In this document: in pieces, positions 28,171 through 45,030 of the stretch
Layout of the letters: every line of letters starts with the position of its first letter
Numbering within the stretch: position 1 is the first letter of the stretch
NCBI RefSeq assembly: GCF_009914755.1
Contig: NC_060925.1
Direction: 5' to 3' (one strand)
Length of the DNA stretch: 64,000 nt
Source: the human T2T-CHM13v2.0 reference genome, Homo sapiens
Position numbers and translations under genes: made by a program
Notes under the pieces: model-generated
The model's database searches: none
What the model was told of the DNA's origin: nothing
The model's input: only the letters and a program-made list of their open reading frames with translations

Positions 28171-30287
28171 AAAAAGCAGTGATTTTTCTCTTTACCTGAA
28201 TATATATAAACCAAACATATAATTTGCTATTCCTACTGACATAAAAGATATCTTTCTCACCAACACCCAGGGGTTTTAAAAAAATAATAAATTTCATAAT
28301 ACTTGCAAACATGATGAAGCAATTTAATAAAAACATAAAGGAAAATGTTGTAAGGAAGAAAACTCAAACAACAAAACAAGAGGTTGATGTTGAAAGTACA
28401 TGCAGCTAAAAAATTAAAAGTGACTTTAATAATGTAATACCAGAATGAGAACCTTATCTTGGGTATGAAGAATGTAACTTTTGAAAAAACAGTAGCAATT
28501 AACAAATATCAAGGAAAATATCCGGCATTAGCAAGTTAGTTCTTCAGAAATAAGATACATTTTTATGCTGTTCAGTAAATGTTCCTGTGTAACGGTTGAG
28601 GAGTACCAAGAAAAGAGACATTTAACTTGACTTTAGATCAATAAAAGTTAGTCTCTTTGAAAAAGACAGACAAAATACACTTTTAAAAATAAATAGAACT
28701 TCAGCAGTCTATGGGGGCACTATTAAAGTATGTAATATAAAGATAATAGATGATTTCATAAAATGGTAGTTTCTACTTTCATGTAAAGTGATACGATGCT
28801 ATCTCTAAGTAGAGTATGAGAAGAGAAGAATACAGGAGTATCACTTCTACTTAGGATATTGCAAGTTCCAAAAGGACATCATCCCCATCCAAAAACAAAA
28901 GCCTGGGTTATCTAAAAAGTCATAATTTTTCTTGAGATTATCAGAGAGCTAACATTAAAAGCAAACAAATGAACTTTACTCCCAAGAAGTTAGAATAAAC
29001 TCTCCAGGTATAAATGAAATATACTTACTATTTCACCCTTGGAAGAATACAGGAGAAAAGGTTGGTCACCATTAAAATAGAAGAAAGTAGCTAAAAACTT
29101 TAAATCTTGAGGATCACCCAACACAATAGTTAGAAACTCTGTTAACACCAAACAAGCAAACAAACAAATACACTTTCACTTGCAAGATCTTTTCCACAGG
29201 CATCTAACTTTTGCTCATGACAAACATTGTGGTAAGTGTTGGAGATGGGACAGAGCCATTTTAAGTGGTACACAGGCAGAAAAGCAATGCCCATTTCTAG
29301 ACTCATCTGTCATCAAAGTGAAAGGCTTAACTGAAGGAAAACAACCTGCCCCGAAGTCCCAAAGTCAAGGAAATGATTGGGTGGCTATAGAAGCAAAATG
29401 TATATATATATTTTTAGGACAAGATAGCAAATCTCCCTGTCCCAATATAAGTCTAGTCTTGTAAGGATCCACAGCAACCTGGGCTGACTGCTGAGGGACA
29501 GACAGAAAGCACTCCAGCTCCCAATCAGAGAAACACACTCTGCTTCCACAGAAGTAATAGACCCAAAAGGAGTGTGTGCCTGGGAAGGAGAAAAAAGAAG
29601 ACTACCTATAAGGTTATAAACTTGACATCCAGATAATACCAATTTCTATTTGTTGAGCTCTCTGCAATGACAGATAGAATATATTGGGATTTTCATGTAA
29701 ATGATTGCAATCAATACAAGAACATGGGTAGATGATACTCCATTTTGTAAATTAATTAGCTAAGGATCAGAAAAGATAAGTAGCTTTATTGTGTTCCAAC
29801 ATTAAAAAGCAACAGACCTGTAACATGATATTTTTTGTTTCCGGTTTGAATGGTCTTTCAATTTTACTCTGTTCCTTCCCCTCCAACTCCTTTGATACAG
29901 GGATGAAGGAGAGTTTTTCAAAAATGATGATAGAAGCTGAGTATGTTTATGGTTTCAAAAAAACATCAAATAGTGGAATTAGAAAATATAGGGGCAATAT
30001 TGTAGAACATAATCAGAGTGCTGGAGATCACTAATCCTAGTAGAAAGATTGCATTTTTTTAGAAAATTAAGAACTATTGTTTGAGAATGAAGAATGATAT
30101 ATGTGATACAAAGTGAGAAATTGAAATTTATTTTTGTTCTTTATTTTCTCTATAAAATAAGAGGCAGGGAATAATCTAAACAAAGAGATAATTAAATGGA
30201 AAGCTTGAGAAAGTGATGAAATGTGGCTGTATTTGTTGATGGTTATGGGAGCAAGATTTAGCAAAAATATATAAATATATAAATAAA

Positions 30288-30295
<8 letters not shown>

Positions 30296-30338
<43 letters not shown>
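30296..30338. repeat. (TA)n microsatellite
   Basis: About 21 perfect units. Confidence 0.98.
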
Positions 30339-30343
<5 letters not shown>

Positions 30344-33300
30344 TAAACCTGGTATGTGGCATTGAGGGATATAAAGAAGCCATATGGAAATGTCTAGATC
30401 TTATTTTTATTTCCCTATATGTTAGATTATATAGTTGATTATTATTGTGATTATGATTATTAAAACAATTGCCAATTTCTTCAAAAACTATCATGCTTCT
30501 TGCATGAGACAAAAGCTTCATTCAAGGAATTTTCCAAGACCAATTTTTCTCCACATTAAAAAAAAAAACTCAGCCTAAAACTATGCAACTTTATGAAAGT
30601 ACAATGCAAGTTTTTAAATTCAATTCTTACTACCAGAAAGATCCACTGTGAATGATTTTTCTGGTATACCCTGTATCAGTGAATTGTCCCACCATGTCTC
30701 TATCGCATGGTCAGTAACCATTCCCTGTTTCTTTCTCTTTCTGTGCATTTGATTTTCTCCTTTGTCTAATTTTTCTGATTTTATCCCTTTGGAGTTTGTT
30801 TCAGCTTCAGGCTCACATGTTGACTTCTCCACCTGCTGATCTGCAGAGATACTCAGCTCATAGCTCTATGGCTTCGCAACTTCATTGCAAAGAGACTTTT
30901 TATCTGGGTTTTAAAATAAGATTCATGAATTGGATCCATTTTCATGTGAAGTGGTGAATTAAATAGTTGCTAATAAAGCCTTCATATAGCTCAGATTGGT
31001 TCATTCAAATATACTGAATGATTTCAACCTTGGAAAATCTAATGGATTTTTAGTTCTCTTAATGTAACACCCTTTGCCACATAGATAATGTTATAGTATG
31101 AATAAATGGTTATTTATGGACTACATTGTATAAACTTGAATCATGTACTACATTTGAATAGTTCTTGACACTGAACTTTAAAATGAAACTTTTTTAATTG
31201 ACAGTCTTGGAAGTGGATACTATTCTGAAGTAAAACTAAAAAAAGTTTAAAACAGCAAAACTTCTAAACTGTCGTTCCTCTATTTTTATTGCTCTCCTTA
31301 AGTGAGAAATTAGACTAGCTCTTGGAGTAAGTTGGGAAGGCATTTAACATTCACTTTGTTCTTAAATGTTTTCTCTCTATATCAATTCCATATAATAATA
31401 AAAGAAAATATATTTCTCTAGTAGAGTAATATTGAGGATGCTATGCATATTTTTATGAAGACAGCAAAAGCAAATTAATGGTCAAACAGATAAGTGATAG
31501 AATAAAACTCAACAACAACAACAACAAAAGAATAAAACTCAACAAACAGGTATCCATTAAATAAAATTTCTTTCTATCTCTTTTATTCTAAATTCTCTAC
31601 CTCACTATCTTATTCTAGGTTCTCCTCCTCTGCCTTTGGCAATGCTATAAATCAATCTTTAAAAAAAAATTGTTTTTCATTAACATTGTTTTGGTAGTGG
31701 TTAATAATTTATAATAGGTAAACAAAAGACAAAAGTTCAGGGCAATTTACATTCCAAAAGAAAAGATATGTGAACACATAGAGAAAGACACTAAGCCAGA
31801 AGATGAAGCTAACAAGAACACAAATCAACAGTAAATTCATCACAGCCTCCTTTCGAGTTTGTGCTGTACAGTTGTTAATGAGGCTAACTTGTTACATTTG
31901 CAGTGAATTTCAATTATTTAGCTCACTCAGCTTTCTTTGTCCATCTGTCTCCCTTATCCAGATATATGCTCTGCTTTGGAAGGAACTGTTTTGACTCACT
32001 CCTCATCTAATGTTGTCTAATTCTTTCTGAAACTTGCCAATCATAGTATCTTACCTCCCAGACCAAAAGATTGGGCTAAGAAATTGATAAATATGTAAGC
32101 ATATACAAAATAGTACTTACTGTAGAAGACTAAAATCATGGTTATGATTAGTTTTGGAAATATTAATTCAGAAAGAATGAAAACTAAAAACAAGACTAAC
32201 AAAAACAAAAGGGATTATTATTAGAATCAAATACTATGTGTTCTCTTCTAAGCAGAATATGAATATATTAATTACTTTTTTAAATTTTATAGAAAAACAA
32301 TAAACTATACAAATATTATAAAAAAGATTAAGTTAATCTCACTTTTAACTTGGATGGTAAATTTCTAAAAAATGATAATAACAATAATAAGCAAATAAAA
32401 TCTAACAATGTATGATTTATATTACAACCTACTGTTTATTCAAATACTCAAGTATGGGTTAATATTGGAAAATCCACTCACATATTTTATCACTGAAAGA
32501 GTTAAATGAGAAAAAAAATAAGCCACCTAATATTAATAGATGCAGATCAATAGATGCAGAAATAGAATTGAATAAAATTTAATAACCCTTTAAAAAAGAA
32601 AAATAGAAATTGTTTTGAAGTGAAAAAAATAGAAGTTTTCTTAACTAGACAAAATATATCTACAAAAAGACTGTGGAATATTAGCACGATGCAAACAATG
32701 TCATACCAAGAACAACAACAACAAAAAAGACGTCCACTTACATCACTTCCATTTAACATTGTAATGAATGTTCTAGGTAGTCTATGAGAAAGAAAAAACA
32801 ATGCAACACACAGTAAATGAAATTAAATAAAATCATTGGTTGCCATCTTCTACATTAAACAATCCAAAAATCAAAACTATGAATAAACCCAAAAATCAAA
32901 ACTGAATAAACCCTGCTAAATTATGAGAAATTTCAGCAAGTTTACTAGATTTGAAATTACCTACATATTTAAATATATTATATCTAAATATCTAAAGCTA
33001 ATAGCAAATTTTATAAGAGCAACAAAGTAAAACACCATATAAATAAAAATAATGCCATTTATAATGGCACAACAATTGTGAAATACATAAGAATAAACCT
33101 AAGAATAGACTTTATGGAGAAAATTATAAAAATATTGAATGTCATAAAAGTTAGGTGCATAAATGTGAAACTACATCACCTTTACATATAGAAAGATAAC
33201 AAAATTCATTATAAAGCATTAGAAATTAAGATTGCTTGACACAATACAGACTGATTGACAAATTGATAAAACATAGACCCCCCCACATGTGGAAAAGTGT

Positions 33301-33487
33301 TACAAGAAAGATGAAATAACAATCAGTGGAAAAAAAGATAATATGCTGTAGATGACATTATATTAAATCATATATGCTGTAGATGACATTATTTTAAAAA
33401 TAATTGATTGTAAATTAATTGTAATTACAATTGTAAATCATAAAGTCACAGACCAGTTGAGAATAAAAGGATTTAGAAAGTTATGCT

Positions 33488-33790
<303 letters not shown>

Positions 33791-34570
33791 AAGTCACGCC
33801 ATGAAAACACTAACCGATAAAGCTTGTGAGGCTATATCATTCAAAGTGGACATTAGAACAAAATATATTACTAGTAGTAAAGAGGATATTTCCAAAGTAG
33901 GCACAATGAAGAAAGTAGTAAAGATAAGATCAGGAAAGCAATAATATATATATTTTATTTGCAGAAAAGCAAAAATAAAAATAAAAATAAATAAATAAAT
34001 AAAAATCAATATAACCAAATACTGAGTCTTTGATTTAAAAATTGATGAATTTCTAATAAAATGCTGAGAAAAAGAGAGAAGACACCAAGTAAGAATAGTA
34101 AGAATAGATGAGGAGAGATTAATAGATCCTACAAATATTAACTAAAAGCTCCCTTATGAAGAAGGAGGTAACCTGAATAGGTATGTATCTGCTAAAAACA
34201 TTAATTTCATAGTTACAAATCTTCCACCTAAGAAAATTCAGGAACAGATGGCATTACTGTGAAATTCTACCCAGCATTGAAGAAAGAAGTAATATTAATC
34301 CTGTAATCATTATTTCAATAAATAGAACACATTGCAATTTATTTTATGAGGCCAACATGACCTTGATAGGAAGGTAAGACATATTACAAGAAAAGAAAAC
34401 TCTGTGCCTATGCCTCTTAGGCATATAAGTGCAAAATTTAACAACGTTGCATGGGACCAAATTGAGTAATAAAATAAAAAAAAAAAACCCATCATGATCA
34501 ATTGGGGTTTATCCTAGAAATGAAAGGTTGGATAAACATCAGAAAAATTCAGTCAATGTGTCACATACTG

Positions 34571-34608
34571 TCAGGTTGGTGCAAAAGTGACTACCGTTTC
34601 TGCCATGA
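34571..34608. mobile_element. MADE1 half element
   Basis: caggttggtgcaaaagtgactaccgtttctgccat. Confidence 0.7.
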
Positions 34609-36606
34609 TAATAATAGGCTAATGTGAGAAAAACAAAACAAAACAAAACAAAAACAATACGATCATCTCAAGAGATGTAAAACGTATTTGAAGAAAGTCA
34701 GTATCCATTGCTCTTGAAAACTATCAGCAAATTCAGAATAGAGGAATACATTCTCAGTCTGATAAAGAGCATCTACAGTAAAACATAAAGCTTACACCAT
34801 ACTTTTCCGTAAAATATTAATTCTTCCTCAGTGATTTTGGGAGGAAGTCATTGATATCCACTTTTATTCTTTCTATTTACCATTATACTAAAAGGATTTA
34901 GCCATGACAGATAAGAAAAATAAATTAAATGCTTATATATAAGAAACAAATAAATAGAACTGTCTTTATTTGTAAACAATAAATTATCTGTTTAGACAAC
35001 CTCATATAATCTAGAAAAATGCTTCTAGAACTAAAAAGTTGTTTAACAAGGTCACAGATTATGGGTTAAGTATACAAAAATCAAGACTACTGTTATGCTA
35101 GCAAGGAACTAGTGAAAATTGAAATAGTAGCACTGTGTACAATATTAATAAAAATAATTAGAATATTTAGGCAGAAATCTAATGAATTGTGTACAATATT
35201 AGTTTGTCAGTTGCTACAAGATGTTAATGATTAAAATCAAGAGAGATCTAAAAATTTTGAGAAATGTACTTTATATATGGATCAGAAGACTCAAAATTAA
35301 TATGTCAGTTCTCCTCAAATGTATCTGTAGAAATACTGCAGTTCCAATCAAAATCATGGCAAAAAGGTTGTTTTGTTTTAAAAATTGACAAGCTGTTTCT
35401 AAAGTTTATATAGAAAACAACAGACCTAAAATAGTCAACCCAATTTTCAAAAATAAAACATTTGGAGGACTCACATTACCTGATTTCAAGAATTAACATA
35501 AACCCCCAGTAATCAACTGAATACAGTAGTCACAGAAATTAACAGGATAGAATAAAGTCCTGAATTATACACATATGATAATATAAGTATTTCAATTTAA
35601 AAAGGATTGTCTTTTCAGCAAATGGTGCTGGATTGATTAGGCATCTATATGTAACAATATCTAACTGGACCTTAAATGTCTTTCCTATTTTTCATTTGGA
35701 TGACAAGTAAATCATTTTGTCCAATACAGTTTTTCCCTCTAACATTCTGCTTTTTGCCTAAATGGAAGAGAACGATACTGAGATTCTGGATGACTTAGCT
35801 GTTTAACACCTTGATTTTATGTTGTTCCAAAGTTTAGCATAAATCTTAGCTCTATTACTCAATTGATTTGTGACTTGCAACAACTGAATTAAATCCTCTA
35901 ATCTTTGCTAAAGTGTTTATTGTATGGAATTAATAAAGCTACTTGATCTGTTTGTTGCAAGTATTATATTAACATAGTGACCCACCCTTACTAAATTATT
36001 TAACATAGCTACTATTATTTCTGTAGAATTTCCAAAACACTTTGTAATATTGGTATTTAAAAATGATATGTGAATCAACTTATTATATAATAAATAATAA
36101 GTATATATTAACATAATGAAACAATAAATTATGGTCATCAGAATTTGTAATTGACATTTAAATTTTGTAGTTATTACTTAGCAAATTAAATTACATTTTT
36201 GTATTTCAAATCTTCCCTGAAACTATGTTGCTATATGTTTTTAATAACTACATATATTCTGCAAATCCAATCTCTCCAAAAGTGAAATGACCAACGTTGA
36301 GTGGCCAGAAAACCCCTTTCACTTTTACTTGCACTATTGTTGGATATATTAGAATGAATATCACAAGTGGCATGTTTTGCATCTGTAATACTGTAAAAAT
36401 ATTGTATATTTAATCAATCATGTGAGTATTATAGCAACAATACAGGTTTTAATAGCAAAGGAGTTTAAGCATATTAAAGGAGATGCTTCAGTATACTATA
36501 ATAGCTTAATATACCTATGAATATGAGAAACTTTTTAGGCTTCTCATATATTTACCACTAAATTAAAAAGTGTCAAAGAAAAAACTGTGATCTGAAAACA
36601 TCATAC

Positions 36607-36970
<364 letters not shown>

Positions 36971-37152
36971 ACAAAGAAGAAAAGAGGCTTATTACAAAAA
37001 TTAGAGTCCTGAAACTAAATGTCTTGATTCACTAGAACCCCAAAAGAAACATAAAGATTAAAAAATCAATCCGTTAAGCCAAATAACATAATTCAATATT
37101 TTTTCCAAAATGTGATTGATTTTTTGGAGGGTATTTTCTTCAAAAAACTTAC

Positions 37153-37198
37153 CTGAGTAATTTCCCTGTTGATGTGAATGACAATAGAAACCTACGTG
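37153..37198 (-). pseudogene. Candidate 46-nt exon
   Basis: ctttttatttcag|...CAG|gtaagt, both consensus sites; reads HVGFYCHSHQQGNYS. Confidence 0.5.
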
Positions 37199-37265
37199 CT
37201 GAAATAAAAAGTTTTTATTGGTAAGGATAAACAAATCCCAAGTAAACTTTTAAAAGCCATTATTT

Positions 37266-38912
<1,647 letters not shown>

Positions 38913-39211
38913 AAAAGCCATTATTTCATCCCAGTACTAATAATATCCATTACCTAAATGCTAAAATCCTTTCCCAAAAATATATATTGTAAAATATGAG
39001 TGTAAATGCAGCTGGACTTTATTTCTGTAATTAACATAAGAAGAGCAGTAAAGATTTTCTTCTTAGAGAAGACATGCTTTTTTCAGCATCCATAAAAATT
39101 AGCACTTCATGAATCATCGCTACTTAAAGTAGTGGTATGAGACACAATACAAAATGCTATCTTTGAAAATGCATTCTTTCATTTATTTAGTGCATTTCTT
39201 TTAAAATTCAC

Positions 39212-39362
39212 TTTTGTTTCTGGGTTATAGTACATTTGGTTCTTTCTGCACAACGTTTCATCATGTGGTGTTCTCATTGTACCATTTTCAGCAAATGAAT
39301 ATTGAATAGTAGTGGCAAAGCTATTTTGATGGAGCTCTGGTTTTGAACAGACAATGAAATCC
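39212..39362 (-). pseudogene. Candidate 151-nt exon, LDLa-like
   Basis: catttttctag|G...AAA|gtgaat; open frame DFIVCSK...IQYSFAENGTMRTPHDETLC...YYNPETK. Confidence 0.45.
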
Positions 39363-39888
39363 CTAGAAAAATGAGCTATTACAATTTCCAAATAAATTGA
39401 AATGTGAATATCTTCCACATTTATATGTATTTAGACAGTTTTTATAATGTCATATTACTTGTACAGAACTAAGGTGGTGTGAGAAACGATTATAAAGCAG
39501 AAAAGTTAGAGGAGATAATAAAAAGTCTGGCATACAGAAAAGTCCATTGGTTTTGCAGTAAACGTAAAAATCACTTAAAATTTTCTGTAATAATTTGAAA
39601 CTGAAATTATATTAGCATTCCACCAAGGTGAACAATTTTAAATTATTACCTCTGATGAGATTTATGAAATGATGTACCAATCAATGCTTGTGTATAAAGA
39701 TGTGGGAATGAAAAAATGTTTGCTTTAAAAAAACAAATCTGTAATATAAGACTATGATCACATGTATATATGAACAAGTATCTTGTGTATGTACTTGTAT
39801 CTATGTCATTATTGATTACTCTGGAAAATAATCAGCATTGATATAGCAATAGTAGCATGGCAGTAAATAAATAATGTTTGTAACGTAC

Positions 39889-39937
39889 CTGACATGATCA
39901 AAATAACTAAAATGAAGGAGCAAGGGCTTTACATAGA
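39889..39937 (-). pseudogene. Candidate short exon (49 nt, or 18 nt from 39906)
   Basis: Donor CAG|gtacgt; phase-compatible with the 39362 exon (YFDHVR-DFIVC). Confidence 0.35.
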
Positions 39938-40544
39938 CTACACACAATAATAACACAATATTAATAGTATAACAAGTTCAACATATCCCAAAATAACTAT
40001 AGCTGTGGAAAGTTTCAGTTTGTTAAATTGAAGGATTTCTGACAGATTTAGAATAAGTAAAAGAATGGGTGTGTTTATTACAGGCATAGGAACCTCATGA
40101 GTCCAAATAAAGTTTTGGAAATCCATGTTGTTAATTGGAAGAAGTAGAATATTTTTGACAAATGTAGAAAATTTATATAAAATAAAAGTTGGTATATTTT
40201 ATGCCACCAAAATTTCATTATTTTACACTTTCTAGGCAAATTTAGGTTTTAATATTAATATAAATTTGGCAATAAAATGTAGACAAGATAAGAATTTGGA
40301 GAACACAGGTATACAAACTAGTCCAATATTACCAACAAACTTTCAATTTTTATTTCAGAGCTACTCCACTTTAATTATTATTGACTTGCTTAATATTTCA
40401 TGATCTGTTACTTGTCTGAACTATCTTAATAATATGTCACTGATCATATCATTTATAATTTTTTGGCTGGTATTACATGCATACTCCTATTTTCAAAATT
40501 AAATAAAAATTCACTGGTGCCATAGCTTTTGATTAAAGGGAGGA

Positions 40545-40730
40545 AAGAAGGTGGCATAATATCATGATTTAAAGAAAATAGAAAAAGTCAAAATACATGG
40601 GTTTGGATCCTAGGTTTGTCATTTCCTACCTGTGGTCTTAGATAGAAAATGTTGATTCATATATTTGGGCCTCAGTTGTTTTTCTTCTTCTTTATTCTTT
40701 TTTTTTTTTTGTAAATGGATTTATGTCACT
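40545..40730 (+). mobile_element. MIR
   Basis: tgggtttggatcctagg...gggcctcagtt...gtaaatgga. Confidence 0.6.
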
Positions 40731-41782
40731 GATTTTCAAAAAGTTTGTCAAAAATACCTATGTTTCTAAAGAAATGCTTCCAAAGCCAAATCCTCAAAAG
40801 GGATGCCTATATGAGGATATTGTGGACTCTATTTTATCCTTCACATTCTAAATGGCACCAATTTAAAGAAACATCAATTTTTTTAATATATGAGGGTCCT
40901 ACATAAGATATAATCATAAAAATAAGCAACCTGAATAGCATCTGCAAAAATGGCAGAGATGGTAGGTTCTAGAGCCTTTTCCTCTGCAGAAACACTGAAG
41001 ACACAAGCAAAAACTATCAGAATAAACTTAGTAAGACTCTGAAAAACAGTTTAATATTTATAACAACCAAGCAAATGCTAATCAAGAAAAAGGAAATGTA
41101 AAAACAATACAATAGCTCTGTGGCCATTTCATTTGTCTTTGCTCTATGCCTTTTCCTGGTTTTACGGGAGTCTTGAAGACAGTAGTTTTATATTCCCAGG
41201 ATAAAAAGCAGGTTCCTGTTCCTGGAAGGAACAGAGGAGAACTAATCAAAGTATTGTGTTTCACTTGAAGGACTGAGACAAGGCACTTGTCTGTTTTGTC
41301 TAAAGGACACCCTGTAGCCACCTGGGGCAAATAATAATAATAATAATGGCTCAAATAAATTATAGAGAACTGAATCTCTAGGAGGAAGAGCTAGAGAGAG
41401 GCATTTTGGTTTTGTGTTTTTTTTTAATTAAAAAAAGCATTCAAAAGGGCATTCAAAAGTAGCCATGTGTAGTGTGGAATGTATAAAGTCATGTTGCCAT
41501 CTAGGGCATACCATATACTCAGAAAAAGACTTAAGAACACCTTCAGCTTTTACTTCTGGGTATTCTGTAGTCTCAGTGTAAGTGGGGAACGTAGATAGGG
41601 CAGAATTATAAACAGCCTTGCTAAAACTTGAAGAACTGCCCCAGCACAGAGCAAATTTGCAAGGATTCAGATGAATTTTATCCCTTCTCTCTTTCTCTCT
41701 CTGACTTTATGTTGGCTCCTGGCATTCAGGAAAATCTCTGCCAACACTAGTTGAACACAAGGTATTAAAAAAAGGGAAAGAG

Positions 41783-42205
41783 TGTGTGTTCCCCTTCCTG
41801 TGTCCATGTGTTCTCATTGTTCAATTCCCACCTATGAGTGAGAACATGTGGTGTTTGGTTTTTTGTCCTTGCGATAGTTTACTGAGAATGATGTTTCCAG
41901 TTTCATCTATGTCCCTACAAAGGACATGAACTCATCCTTTTTTATGGCTGCATAGTATTCCATGGTGTATATGTGCCACATTTTCTTAATCCAGTCTATC
42001 ATTGTTAGATATTTGTTGTGGGGTGGGGAGAGGGGGGAGGGATAGCATTAGGAGATATACCTAATGCTAAATGATGAGTTAATGGGTGCTGCACACCAGC
42101 ATGGCACATGTATACATATGTAACTGACCTGCACATTGTGCACATGTACCCTAAAACTTAAAGTATAATAATAATTAAAAAAAAAAGTTACTGTAAAAAA
42201 AAAAA
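41783..42205 (+). mobile_element. L1PA3/4-like 3' end with 5' inversion
   Basis: 41783-~42013 is antisense L1, followed by sense gttgtggggtgggg...cctaaaacttaaag and A tails. Confidence 0.92.
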
Positions 42206-42320
42206 AAGAGAGAAAGAGACCACAGATGACCCATAATAGACACTTCACAAAAATAGTTTAGGAAGGTCACTAGACAAACATATAAACAGCTCACCAAAAG
42301 CAATTTAAAAAGCCAGAGAA

Positions 42321-42769
<449 letters not shown>

Positions 42770-42899
42770 CTATTTCACAGGAAGCACAGATATTGGAGTT
42801 AATAGATAAAGACTGTAACTTAATTATCTGAAATATGCTCAAAGAGTTAAAGGATATGATGAACAAAGAGCTAAAGAAAACCAGGAGAGTAATGTGTGG

Positions 42900-43257
42900 T
42901 GATATGGTTAGGCTTTGTGTCCCCACCCAAATCTCATCTTGAATTGTAATCCCCAGGTGTTGAGGGAGAAATCTAGTAGGAGGTGATTGGCTCATAGGGG
43001 AGATTTCCTCCATGTGATTCTCATGATAGTGAGTGAGTTCTCATAAGATCTTATGGTTTTGGTAAGTTTCTCCTTTGCTCACTATTCTCTCTCACCCGCT
43101 GCCATGTAAAATGTGCCACTTCCTCTTCCACCATGATTGTAAGTTTCCTGAGGCCCCCCCAGTCATACAGAACTGTGAGTCAATTCAATCTTCGTTTTTT
43201 AATAAATTACTCACTCCTGGGTATTTCTTTATAGCAGTGTGAAAACAGAGTAATACA
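42900..43257 (+). mobile_element. THE1 solo LTR
   Basis: tgatatggtt...taataca with perfect 5-bp TSD tgtgg. Confidence 0.93.
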
Positions 43258-43848
43258 TGTGGTAAATAGGGACTATCAATGGAGACTTAAGTAATTTTAT
43301 TCAAAAAAATTCTGGAGCTGAAAAGTATAATAACAAATAAAAACTTCACTGGAAAAGTTCAAAAGTAAATTTGGGCAGGCATAAGAAAGGATCAGAGAAT
43401 TTGAAAATAAGACAGTTATAATTAACCAGTCTGAGGAGTAGAACACAAAAAGAATAGAAAAAAATGAACTAAGCCTAACAGATAAGCAGAATACTTTTAA
43501 GCATGCCAATATACATAGAATATACACGTACTGAAAATCTCAGAAGGAGAAAAGAAAGAGACAAAAATAATCTTTGAAAAAACAATGGCAAAAAAGCTCC
43601 CTAAATTTGATTTTAAAAAACTCACACAATGTACAAATTTAGGAAACTCAATGGACTCCAAGAAAGTAAATGCAAGGAGATCAACACCAAGATATATTAT
43701 AATCACATTTTCAAAAATCAAAGACAAAGATAGAATCTTAAAAGCAGCGAAAGAAGCAATTCATCACTTAAGATTATCCATAATAACAGAAGATTTATTA
43801 TTATAAACCATGGACATCAGAAGGATGTGAAATGACATTTTTAAAGCA

Positions 43849-43952
43849 AGGAAGGAAAGATGAAGGAAAGAAGGAAAGATTAAAGGAAGGAAGGGAAGGG
43901 AAGGGGAGGGGAGGCGAGGAGAGGGGAGGGGAAGGGAAGGGAAGGGAAGGAG
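43849..43952 (+). repeat. (GGAA)/(GGGGA) purine repeat
   Basis: Directly visible. Confidence 0.9.
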
Positions 43953-44811
43953 GACCCATTAATCAACAATTCTACATCTGGCAAAACTATCTTCAAAAAT
44001 AAGGAAGAAATTAAGATATAAGACAGTTTTAGATAATCAAAAGCTGAAGAAATTTGTTACTAGTCAATTTGCCCTACAAAAAATGTTAAAGGGAGAACTT
44101 AAGGTTGATTAGAAATAACAATCAACAGAAACTTAAATATCACAAGAAGAAAATAAAATACTCTGTTAAATATGACAACATAGGTAAATATAAAAAGGAG
44201 TATTGCTGTATTTTTTATTTTTAATTCCTCTATTATTTCCTAAGTGATTTCACAAATGCATTAAACAGTAATTATAAAGCTATGTTAATGAGCACACACA
44301 ATAAATTGTGACAAAAACAAAATAAAGACAGAGATAAATATGAGCAGAGTTTCTGTGTGCTGTTAAGGCTAATATAATATTATTTTAAGCTAGATTATTA
44401 TAAATTTAGGATATTAATATTATTTCTCATAGTAACTTCCATGAAAACATTTTAAAAATATACACACAAAGTAATGAGAAGAAAACAAAATGGTACACTA
44501 CAAAAAATTAAAAACAAAAGAAGGTAAAGAGAAACAAAAAAGACATAAGAAGTACGGAAAACAAATAGCAAAATTTTAGAGGTCACTCCTTCTCCATCAT
44601 TTTTTTTCAATGTAAATGGATTAAATTCTACAATCAAAAGGCAGAGTTTGGTAGAATGGATTAAAATACAACACATGCTTCACTTATATGCTGTGTAAAG
44701 TGACTCATTTTAGAGCCAAAGACACAAATAGGCTGAATGTAAGAGGATGGGGGGAAGAAAAAAAACACAAACCCTTAAACAGTATCCAAAAAAGAACTGG
44801 AGATGGCTATA

Positions 44812-45030
44812 TAGGTTGAGTATCTCTTATCCAGAATGCTCAAGACTAGAAAAAAAATCAGATACCTGATTTTTTCAGATTTTGGTGTATTTGCATTATA
44901 CTTCCTAGTTTAGTATAGCTAATCTGAAAATATGGAAATCCCAAATGCTCCGGTGAACATTTTCTTTTAACATTATGTTGAACCTCAAAACATTTCAGAT
45001 TTTGGAACATTTTTTATTTCAGATTTCTAA
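44812..45030 (+). mobile_element. Tigger4a/MER46A
   Basis: aggttgagtatctcttatcc...cagattttgg...aaatgctcc; 3' TIR missing. Confidence 0.8.

Noticed and set aside
28190-28660. Hydrophobic minus-strand ORFs as 7TM exons
   Set aside because: They lack GPCR motifs, are out of order relative to the LRRs, and are explained by T-rich composition.
30620-30841. 70-aa minus-strand ORF with AG/GT flanks ending IPEKSFTVDLSG
   Set aside because: It is phase-compatible with the 37153 exon but purine-rich and possibly MaLR-derived, so I did not count it as a relic exon.
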